Shown here: positions 33,495-41,593 of the stretch, in pieces
Layout of the letters: every line of letters starts with the position of its first letter
How positions within the stretch are numbered: the first letter of the stretch is position 1
Assembly: GCA_963745835.1 (NCBI GenBank)
Contig: CAVUZH010000014.1
Location: 160,001-224,000 of the forward strand
Direction of reading: 5' to 3'
Length of the DNA: 64,000 bases
Origin: an uncultured delta proteobacterium
Lineage (GTDB): Bacteria; Desulfobacterota; Binatia; UBA9968
Made by a program: the position numbers and the translations under genes
Notes under the pieces: model-generated
Told to the model about the DNA's origin: nothing
Database searches by the model: none
The model's input: the letters and a program-made list of their open reading frames with translations, nothing else

Positions 33495-33697
33495 GAAACA
33501 GTTCTCGCAACGTCGAGATCCGCAACAGAGCCACAAACACAAAGCAGCCTTACAAAACTGAGTAATGCTGCTCCGGTGGCCTTCGAACAGGCCGCGGCCA
33601 ATCTTTCGTGCCAAGTGATAGCCGATAAAGAAACATCGATCATACACAGGGATGCGGCAATAGTGCATCCATTGAATCGATTTTTTGGAGGATAGTA

Positions 33698-35752
33698 ATG
33701 CTGTATTTCCGCTCAAGCTTTTGGTTCATTCTTGCACTTGCAATCGTATCGAATGTATTCCCAAGCCATATTGTCTCTGCCGCTCAGCTAACACTTAGTT
33801 GGACTGACGCGTCGGATAATGAGGATGGCTTCGGTATCGAACGGCGAACCGATACTAGCGGGACCTTCGCGCGCGTTGCGAGTGTTTCACCTAACGTTAG
33901 TACGTACACAGATCCCAACCTGGCAAGTAGTACTACTTATTGTTATCGTGTTAACGCATTCAACTCGGCCGGCAGTTCTGCATACACCAACGAGATTTGC
34001 GGTACGACTCTGGCCGCAAGTTTCACACTGACCTTAAATCGTTCCGGGAATGGTACGGTCACCAGTTCTCCGAGCGGCATCAGCTGTGGAAGCGATTGCA
34101 CTGAGGTCTACACTGGAGGTAGCGTCGTAAAATTAACTGCTGCGCCCGCCAGCGGTTCGACTTTCGCCAACTGGTCCGGCAACGCGGACTGCAGCGACGG
34201 TAGTGTTACAATGAACGCCAACATAACATGCACCGCAGTATTCAATCTCATAAGTACATATACGCTTTCAGTAAGCCGCGTTGGTACCGGCACGGGCACT
34301 GTGACTAGCAGCCCCACGGGAATTAATTGCGGCAGTGCATGCACGGCAAGTCTTAGCAGCGGAACAAACGTCAGTCTTGTTGCCACAGCTGCTTCGGGTT
34401 CGACATTCGCCGGCTGGTCAGGCAACTGCACGGCGGCCGGGAGCGTTACAATGACTGGCAACATGGCCTGCACAGCAACTTTCAACTCCTCTGGTTATAC
34501 GTTAACGAGTACTGTGGTTAATGAAGTGACATCAAGCGGGAGTCCTAGTGGAACGGTCGTCAGCAGTCCCGCCGGAATAAACTGCGGGACCGACTGTACA
34601 GAGAGCTATCCTGCGGGACAGATGGTTACTTTAACACCGAAGCCGGCAGCCAATTCTAAGTTTAAGTCGTGGACAGGACATGCCGATTGCGCCGATGGGT
34701 CGGTAAAAATAGATGCCAATAAAACCTGTACCGCAACATTTATCCTTAACACACTAAGCCTTTCTGTTTCGAAGACTGGCAATGGCACCGTTACCAGCAC
34801 TCCCTCTGGGGTCAATTGCGGCGCCGTTTGTTCCTTTAACTTTGTCGGGGGAACAGCCGTAACGTTAAAGGCCACCCCTGACGCAGGGTTTGCATTCGCG
34901 GGTTGGACCGGAGGCTGCACCGGAACAGCGGATTGCAAGCTAACGCTATCGTCCAATACAACCGTCACAGCAAATTTTGTTAACAGCTTTAGCGATAGGA
35001 TCGGTATTTACCGCCCGTCCACCGGTGAGTGGTTCTTGGACCGCAACGGCAATGGCTGGTGGGACGCCGCTGATACTCACGCCGAAACTTTCGGCGAATC
35101 ATCCGGAATACCCGTAGTCGGCGATTGGAACGGCTCAGGCAAAACTAAAGTCGGCTTGTTCGTACCCGAGACATCACAGTGGTTCTTGGATCTCAACGGC
35201 AACGGGATTTGGGATGACTGTGGAGTGGATGTTTGTGTAAAATCGTTCGGCCAGTCAACGGATCTGCCAGCAGTCGGACAGTGGACCACCACTCCCGGCG
35301 ATTCGCTCGGCGTTTTTAGACGGTCAGAGAAGAAATGGTATCTCGATATCAATCGCAATAAGGCTTTGGATGGATGCCGCACCGATGAATGCCCGAGCTT
35401 CAGTGTCTACGTGAACGGAGATATACATGTGACAGGTGATTGGACGGGCAGCGGGACCACTCAATTGGGACTGTTTCGTCCGAGCACCGGTGAATGGTTT
35501 CTCAATCGGGATGGCAATAGATCCTGGAATAACTGTAAAAAGGATACCTGCATCACCAATTTCGGTGAGGCTGGCGACCTGCCTGTGATTGGCGATTGGA
35601 ATGGAACAGGCATAAGCAAGATCGGCGTGTTTAGACCGGCAACCGGCGAATGGTTCTTGGATCTAAACGGCAATGGCAAGTGGGATGACGGTATCGATCT
35701 ACAGTTGTCATACGGTGAATCCGGGGATGTTCCCATCGTTGGCAAATGGTAA
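33698..35752 (+). CDS. Secreted surface protein: Fn3 domain, four Cys-containing InlB-B/Flg_new-like repeats and FG-GAP-like repeats
   Basis: Signal peptide; LSWTD..YCYRVNAFN; four GTV.S.P.GI.CG..C units; repeated GDW.G.G...GxFRPxTGEWFLD. Confidence 0.88.
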   Translation: MLYFRSSFWFILALAIVSNVFPSHIVSAAQLTLSWTDASDNEDGFGIERRTDTSGTFARVASVSPNVSTYTDPNLASSTTYCYRVNAFNSAGSSAYTNEICGTTLAASFTLTLNRSGNGTVTSSPSGISCGSDCTEVYTGGSVVKLTAAPASGSTFANWSGNADCSDGSVTMNANITCTAVFNLISTYTLSVSRVGTGTGTVTSSPTGINCGSACTASLSSGTNVSLVATAASGSTFAGWSGNCTAAGSVTMTGNMACTATFNSSGYTLTSTVVNEVTSSGSPSGTVVSSPAGINCGTDCTESYPAGQMVTLTPKPAANSKFKSWTGHADCADGSVKIDANKTCTATFILNTLSLSVSKTGNGTVTSTPSGVNCGAVCSFNFVGGTAVTLKATPDAGFAFAGWTGGCTGTADCKLTLSSNTTVTANFVNSFSDRIGIYRPSTGEWFLDRNGNGWWDAADTHAETFGESSGIPVVGDWNGSGKTKVGLFVPETSQWFLDLNGNGIWDDCGVDVCVKSFGQSTDLPAVGQWTTTPGDSLGVFRRSEKKWYLDINRNKALDGCRTDECPSFSVYVNGDIHVTGDWTGSGTTQLGLFRPSTGEWFLNRDGNRSWNNCKKDTCITNFGEAGDLPVIGDWNGTGISKIGVFRPATGEWFLDLNGNGKWDDGIDLQLSYGESGDVPIVGKW

Positions 35753-35776
35753 ATCGAAGACTCTCCCCATTCTGAT

Positions 35777-35809
35777 GTGCGACAGCTCCGTCAAACGAAG
35801 CTGCCGCAC
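35777..35809 (-). terminator. Hairpin between the convergent surface-protein gene and tRNA-Ser
   Basis: GTGCGGCAGCTTCG/CGGAGCTGTCGCAC stem with G-U pairs on the minus strand. Confidence 0.55.
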
Positions 35810-35888
35810 GAGCTTTTGTAATAATGTCGATACGAAGTGATCCAACTAAAGCTCTACGAGTCGTTCAGAAACACCCATTGGCAGGCCT

Positions 35889-35977
35889 TGGCGGAGGGGG
35901 CGAGATTCGAACTCGCGGTGCACTAAGTGCACGCCGGTTTTCAAGACCGGTGGTTTCAACCGCTCACCCACCCCTCC
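35889..35977 (-). tRNA. tRNA-Ser (anticodon TGA)
   Basis: GGAGGGG/CCCCTCC acceptor stem, CCGGT-CTTGAAA-ACCGG anticodon arm, long variable arm, GTTCGAATC T-loop, encoded CCA. Confidence 0.97.
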
Positions 35978-35986
35978 GATAAGTAA

Positions 35987-35999
35987 AATCAACTACTTA
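35987..35999 (+). promoter_or_regulatory. IHF binding site next to att
   Basis: AATCAACTACTTA matches WATCAANNNNTTR exactly, 9 bp from the att repeat. Confidence 0.7.
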
Positions 36000-37155
36000 G
36001 GTTAGCTGCGGATTTGTCGGCAGGATTCGTTTGAACACTATTGGAACAAATTCCGAACGCTCTTGCAACGTCTCCGGGCTTTAGATTCACATATCGCTGA
36101 TGCATGGCGACACTGTTATGGCCCGCCGCTTTCATCGCGATATCGACGTGAACGCCCTGCCGCGACCATTCCGTCTTTGCGCTGTGCCGGTAGTCATGGA
36201 AACGAAAATTCTCCACTTTGGCTCGCTTGCGCGCGACTCTCACGGCCTGGGTGATCATTTCCTTGGTTATTGCTCGGCCGTCATCTCTGGTGAACACAAG
36301 TCCGTTCACGTTGGCAACGATATTTTCCCCCCGTTTCTCCCGCTCGATCTCATCGAGAATTTCAAGAACCCTGTCGGTTAATGGCGCGCGCTGCTCGACG
36401 CCCGTTTTGACTCTACCGCCAGCGGGTACGATCTCCCGCCGCTGTTTGTCTATCATGTTCTTGGTCAACCGAATGATATCGACTTCCGATAAGCACGTTT
36501 CCCGCGCCACTATAGCAATGCGCCTAAGCCACGCAGGATAAGCGTCGAGCATCGCCGTTTCTTCATTGGCGTCTAGGATCCGGTCGCGCTGCGATCGCTG
36601 TATCAAACCAGCGAACGACGGCGCCGCAGCCTCGATTTCGTTCTCCCTTGCCTTATTAAGCATATGACGAAAGCAAGAAAGCTCATTAGCCACGGTTCCC
36701 GATGAAACTGTCTTGGCAGCCGCTTTGCCATTGCGGATGATATGCTCTTGAAGCCGTTCGGTTCTATACTTGAATAGGTGCTCTCGCTTTATCTCAGTTA
36801 ACAGTATTGAACCGAGCAGACGCTTAATGGTTGCAACTAGATCACACTCGCGGCTGAATGATCGCTTGGTTTTGATTTCCTCAAGCTTGAGATAGCATTC
36901 GCCCCACTTGGCAACCGTCATTCCCTCTTCCGGCTTGTTTTTCTCCGCGTCAAAATCCTTTTCGATCGCGTTTTCGCCCTTGAGCCGATCGAGCTTCCTT
37001 CTGGCTATCTTGAGATTGCCGCCGAGGGCAAATTTTCTACGCTTACCACTCCAGTCTGTGAAAATCCCATAGTAGCGCGTTGACCATTCGCCAGAGCTCA
37101 GATGGTATCTGCATGAATAGAAGTGCTCGTTAATCTTCTCGAGTATCTGTTTCAT
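35989..37155 (-). CDS. Tyrosine recombinase/integrase
   Basis: FRFHDYRH, AGH and RY catalytic motifs; GAGGAG RBS; abuts the tRNA. Confidence 0.95.
   Translation of the reverse strand: MKQILEKINEHFYSCRYHLSSGEWSTRYYGIFTDWSGKRRKFALGGNLKIARRKLDRLKGENAIEKDFDAEKNKPEEGMTVAKWGECYLKLEEIKTKRSFSRECDLVATIKRLLGSILLTEIKREHLFKYRTERLQEHIIRNGKAAAKTVSSGTVANELSCFRHMLNKARENEIEAAAPSFAGLIQRSQRDRILDANEETAMLDAYPAWLRRIAIVARETCLSEVDIIRLTKNMIDKQRREIVPAGGRVKTGVEQRAPLTDRVLEILDEIEREKRGENIVANVNGLVFTRDDGRAITKEMITQAVRVARKRAKVENFRFHDYRHSAKTEWSRQGVHVDIAMKAAGHNSVAMHQRYVNLKPGDVARAFGICSNSVQTNPADKSAANLSS
36025..36054 (+). repeat. Putative integrase arm-type sites (left end)
   Basis: ATTCGTTTGAACACTATTGGAACAAATTCC, nearly identical to 51890-51919. 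Confidence 0.75.
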
Positions 37156-37272
37156 TGTTATCTCCTCAGCGATAGAAGTTGATCCGCTACCCATTTGAAA
37201 TTTCGTGGTGCTCTACTTCTCCCTTGCTCCGATCCTTTTGCTCCAATGTTTTACTATCGCTGTATGGCACCG

Positions 37273-37497
37273 TCAAGCGGGACTACGTTTCTTTCCGCTA
37301 TATTGACGCGCTGCATCAACCCGATAACCTTTGAGATCTTTCGCCGAGATCAAAAGAACCTTATCTTTAACAAGTCGGGTGCGCTCTCCCCAACTGGCTG
37401 CAAGACGACCTTTCTTGATCGCTTCGTGAATTGCGCCCCGAGTAACTCCCAGCTTCTTTGCCGCTTCAGTTATCGTGTAGCTTTTCTTTGTAATCAT
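37273..37497 (-). CDS. Excisionase-like HTH DNA-binding protein
   Basis: YTITEAAKKLGVTRGAIHEAIKKGRLAA; directly upstream of the integrase. Confidence 0.85.
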   Translation of the reverse strand: MITKKSYTITEAAKKLGVTRGAIHEAIKKGRLAASWGERTRLVKDKVLLISAKDLKGYRVDAARQYSGKKRSPA

Positions 37498-37514
37498 CTT
37501 TTGAGGGTGTTTAC

Positions 37515-38443
37515 TTAGTCATTCATCTTAGCTTCATCGGGAAGGGTTGCTCGGATGCTAATCTTTAATGCTTCTGCGCCTGCTTTGGTGTTTGTCGAGT
37601 TCCAAAGTATCGTGTGCATGTGATTAGTATCGAAGTGTGTTCCGTGTCGGTGGAAGAAAGACTCTTCACAAGTATAGAAGACCGGCTTTCCTAAGCCTTC
37701 CGCGAAACCCGCCTCCCAATAAGCGCCTCGGTTGTCTTGTGTCAAATCAACGACAAGAAAACGGCTTGTCCTAATTTCGACTCTAAGGCGATTATCGATT
37801 GAGCCTGCGCTAGGAGATTCGTCTAACCGGTAAAGCAAGAAGGCAGTTTTCCCGACTTCGGTTTTAAACGCTGCGAATGCAGCGTCGACTTGAGTGTTGC
37901 CGAACGGCATGGCCATAAAAGCCTTCTTACTTTCAGAGCGTCCCCGCTTTAGTTCCCAATAGCGATCCCACCCTTTGAGCTTCAAGACTAATTTCGCGCC
38001 CTCTGTATCAAGGAAACCCTCTTGGTCCAAATTCCTGACCAAATCTATGAGCGCACTAGATTGATACGCGCCTATTACCGGAAACAGTTTGGAAGCCTCA
38101 CAAGGTACGGGCATGCTAGGCGCTGAGTTGTCTCGGTCCAAATCAAAAGGTTATCGGCCTGCTCTCTGGCAGTTGGAATATCCCGCTCCTCAACAACTTG
38201 TTTGACTAATTTCGATGGTACTATGGGCTGATCGGCTCTCTGCATTTTGCGGATCGCGTGCATTAAAACAGGACGAACTTTTGGCGCTTTTTGAATCGCC
38301 TCAGTTATTTCGGAGTCCGCCGATTCTTCAAGGAAAAATTCTCCGCATGAGGGACACCGAACATCCAATCTCGTATTCAATGGACCTACGAAAGAAACGC
38401 GAGCATCGGTTCTTTCACAAGCAGGACAGTTTCTTGTGGTCAT
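37515..38443 (-). pseudogene. Zn-ribbon plus nucleoside 2-deoxyribosyltransferase(NDT)-like protein, split by a 1-nt indel near 38135
   Basis: N-terminal CPAC...CPSC; C-terminal AFMAMPF...VVDLT..NRGAYWEAGFAEGLGKPV...HFD. Confidence 0.75.
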
Positions 38444-38542
38444 GCGCGTTGGTATCACCCTTTCGCGGCAAGTTTCAATTTAAAAATCGTCGGTTCCTGC
38501 CTTGCTTCCGTTCACCTGTTGATATAAATCGTCGCGTCGAAG

Positions 38543-38803
38543 ATGACTATTGGTCTTGCCGTACTGTACGGATGGTGGGTCATCGTCGCCTGCTTCCTTG
38601 GCTGGGTCCTAATCGGCACAATCAAGCGAGAATCATTTCTGGTTAAATACTTCCCGAAATTTTACCGCCGCATCGTTTCGCTGCATCGACTTAAAGATAC
38701 CTTAAAGGTCCTAGCAGGCTTGATACTGCTCGTTGCATTTGCCGCCGCAATAGTTTGGTTATTCGATGTGCAACCGGGTACGTTTGGACAGCGTCACTGG
38801 TAA
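38543..38803 (+). CDS. Small membrane protein (2 TM)
   Basis: 86 aa with two hydrophobic helices and a basic loop. Confidence 0.6.
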   Translation: MTIGLAVLYGWWVIVACFLGWVLIGTIKRESFLVKYFPKFYRRIVSLHRLKDTLKVLAGLILLVAFAAAIVWLFDVQPGTFGQRHW

Positions 38804-38997
38804 ACCCGGTTTTCTTCATTCCTTGCTCAATTTCAACAAAATTTCCCAGCCGCGCGCCTGATCCAGCGGCGCCGGCGCCATTAAAGAGATAATCGCCGTC
38901 CCGGGCAGATAAAAGAGGCGAATGGAGTTCTGGCGGCGCGGCTGGGGCAACCTTCTCTCTTGTTGACAATCTCCAACGTTAAATTCAAAGTGGCTCA

Positions 38998-39358
38998 ATG
39001 TCTCTTAGCAATCTCGATAAACTACTCGGCATGCTTACTATCACAATCAAAGAATTTTCGTTTCCACTGAACTACATACTTCTCGCGGCAGCATTCCTTT
39101 TTTTCTACGGCAATTTTCTACGGAGCTCATTTGGTCGTAAGTGGCTTGGCGCTTTTTTTGGGAGTTATAGCGGCGCAGTCTTGGCGTCAACGGTATCCCC
39201 GGATCTATCTTGACAACTCAACTGCGCCTTGGGGCGATCGACCATTAACACGAGACCGTCCGAACTTGCGTCTGTTGAGATTATTAGGAACATCATTCCT
39301 ATGGATCTTGGTAGCGATTTTGATGTTTTTTGCCTTTGTCCTATATCTAAATCGCTAA
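38998..39358 (+). CDS. Small membrane protein, probably one gene frameshifted at a T8 tract near 39100
   Basis: Removing one T joins ORF 38998 to the frame of ORF 39131 (…AAAFLFSTAIFYGAHLVVSGLALFLG…). Confidence 0.5.
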
Positions 39359-39432
39359 CCTTGGATAGATGCGCCTTCCGGGCGCGTCCCCGTCCCCTAC
39401 TGGTAAAAATTGACTTCGGAAAACGGCAGGTA

Positions 39433-39575
39433 TTGTGCTATTAACGCCGCCCTCGCTGCGCAGCGATACCGTTACGCCCAACCTTTGACTCCCGTCAGAG
39501 GCCGCTGCGCTGGCGAGGCCCAAGGACTCCTACCCTCTGCGAAGCGGTCGGATCGAAAGATTCGGCCCCTTTGCA
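39433..39575 (+). ncRNA. Structured repeat, copy A (candidate ncRNA or 5' leader)
   Basis: TTGTGCTATTAAC, nested stems CCTCGC/GCGAGG and GCGCAGCG/CGCTGCGC, inner hairpin, CT-rich linker, 17-bp GAAA-capped hairpin. Confidence 0.65.
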
Positions 39576-39602
39576 TCTCAGAAGGAATCGTTAAACTCAT
39601 TC

Positions 39603-39716
39603 ATGGGCAAGTTTCGTGCGTTTTTCAGTGAACACTGGAAAGACATAGTTAGCGTCGCGTTGTTAATGCTCGCCCTTTTTCTATGTGGCAAACTTGTTAA
39701 CTGGCTCGTTTTTTAG
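39603..39716 (+). CDS. 37-aa single-TM peptide
   Basis: MGKFRAFFSEHWKDIVSVALLMLALFLCGKLVNWLVF; starts 28 nt after repeat A. Confidence 0.6.
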   Translation: MGKFRAFFSEHWKDIVSVALLMLALFLCGKLVNWLVF

Positions 39717-39763
39717 ATAACAATTTCGAATGACAGCGGCACCACTTGATCAACTCCTACCCG

Positions 39764-39899
39764 TTGTGCTATTAACCGCGCCCTCGCTGCGCAGCGCAAT
39801 CCAACTTTTTTGATAACCCAAAATCAAAGGCACTGCGCCGCGAGCTTTAGGCCCTCTCCTCTGTGAAGGGGTCGGATCGAAAGGTTCGGCCCCTTTGCG
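39764..39899 (+). ncRNA. Structured repeat, copy B (candidate ncRNA or 5' leader)
   Basis: Homologous to copy A with the same fold; substitutions keep pairing and add G-U pairs. Confidence 0.65.
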
Positions 39900-39947
39900 C
39901 CTTGACAGTACAGTTCCTTGTGATAATCAGCTCTCCCATTTTGCACC

Positions 39948-40049
39948 ATGGAGAACGCATCAATGATGGTACTTTTGTTTTACTTTCTCGTTGCACTATT
40001 AACCGCCGTTACAGCTTCTGCGCTCATCGGTTGGTTTCTTACAACTTAG
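39948..40049 (+). CDS. 33-aa single-TM peptide
   Basis: MENASMMVLLFYFLVALLTAVTASALIGWFLTT; follows repeat B. Confidence 0.5.
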   Translation: MENASMMVLLFYFLVALLTAVTASALIGWFLTT

Positions 40050-40220
40050 TCCTCGTTCACTTCAAAAATTGTGATCGAGTATCCTGATGGATAGGTTCTA
40101 TGGCTTCTGGAACTAGAAAAGAAACACGTACTAATCCTCTCCGTTGGCGCTTCGAGTGCTTTTCTCGCCACGAAGCTCAACCTCGCCTGGCCAGTGTGTT
40201 GATACGCCGCCCATAAAAAC

Positions 40221-41127
40221 ATGCCCGCACCTGGTACTGGCATCCTGTCGTTTGGGCTAGTGGCGATCCCGGTCCGCATCCATACCGCGACACATAGCGA
40301 GAACGTCTCTTTTCACCTGCTGCATGATAAATGCGGCTCGCGTGTACGCAATCAGCACTATTGCCCAGTGTGTAACATCGTCGTTGAGCGTGCAGATCTT
40401 GTCCGCGGCTTCCAACACGCCAAAGATCAGTATGTGCCGATCACGGAAGAGGAACTCGAAAGCCTCGAGGCCGAAGCTAACAGGAGTATCGATCTCAAAG
40501 AGTTCATCCCGCTTGATTCAGTCGATCCGGTCTATTTCGAGAACACTCACTATCTCGGCCGCCGACAAAGGCGGAGAGAAGCCGTATCGGCTCTGGCTGA
40601 TGCCATGGCAAAGAGCGGCCGTGTCGCGATTGCCGAGCTCGTAAGCCGCGGCAAAGAGCAGCTCGTCCTGATTCGGCCGTACCGGAAGGGTTTGGTCCTT
40701 CACACGATGTATCTACGCTGATGAGGTGCGGGACTTCAAACAGGTGCCCAAAGGCGAGAACGTGAAGGTTTCGGAAACCGAATTAGAGCTCGGCGTCGGT
40801 CTAATCGACCGGCTTACATCCGAGGAGTTCAAGCCGGAGAATTACAAAGACGAGTATCGCATCCGCGTCCTGGGGATGCTGGACGAAAAGAGCAAAGGTA
40901 AGGATATCGTGCTCGGAAAAGCGCCGGCGCCGAAGCACGGAAAAGTGATCGACATCATGGAAGCTCTAAAGCGCAGCATGGAAAGAGTGCCGGCGAAGAA
41001 GAAAACCCACAAGGGCGGGCCGCTAAGAAGAGAAAGAAGCTATCATAAGATCGTCCACCCACTCCCACGCAACGTCGGAATGGGCGGAAGCCGAGGCGCT
41101 TGGCTGGAGCGAAGTGCGGCTTTTTGA
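40221..41127 (+). pseudogene. ku: Ku (NHEJ end-binding) protein with several indels
   Basis: GILSFGLVAIPV, DPVYFE..YL, YKDEYR and VIDIMEALKRS motifs; frame changes near 40558, 40592 and 40712. Confidence 0.9.
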
Positions 41128-41593
41128 AACTACCAGATTTTAGTGCCATCAAAAGCGACGTCGCCTGTTCTGAAGGTAAGACGGCTTCGTATCTCTCCCC
41201 GGCGCCGCACTATACACCAACAGCAAGTTTCTTTAGACATCCTTGGCATATGCCCATCTATATCGGGTGGCCTCCGATAGGCCGATCCGGCAGATCTAGC
41301 AGAGATCCTAAGTTCCGAGCATCTTTTATCCACCCAGCGCCGCGCTGAACACTTCTACGAACACTGCCGGCCGCTTGTCAATTGGTTGGCGTGCCATGTC
41401 AATATTGACTACCCTTACCCTCAAACATGCGCATATGATGTCCTTGGAAGGAAAATTCATGACATTTAGGTCGGTGTCACTTTTGCGGTTAGCAATGGGC
41501 TATGCGTAAATTGCGGGACTTACTCCTCCCAACGATGAAGATCTATTACTCGTCTTTTCTTGCGTGACTTTATGCCGTAGCTTAAAGAAAAGA

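Noticed and set aside
32875-33716. Minus-strand ORFs upstream of the surface protein
   Set aside because: Atypical composition with no RBS or motifs; treated as non-coding.
35889-35977. tRNA-Sec for the selenoprotein
   Set aside because: The anticodon is TGA (reads UCA, Ser), not TCA, and the acceptor stem is the standard 7 bp.
39990-40010. Third copy of the structured repeat
   Set aside because: Only TTGCACTATTAACCGC matches; the stems are absent and it lies inside the 33-aa ORF.
38804-40049. Integron attC cassette array
   Set aside because: GTTRRRY occurs before two ORFs, but matching RYYYAAC boxes are missing. The elements are multi-hairpin, G-T pairing favours the top strand, and the integrase shows no IntI features.
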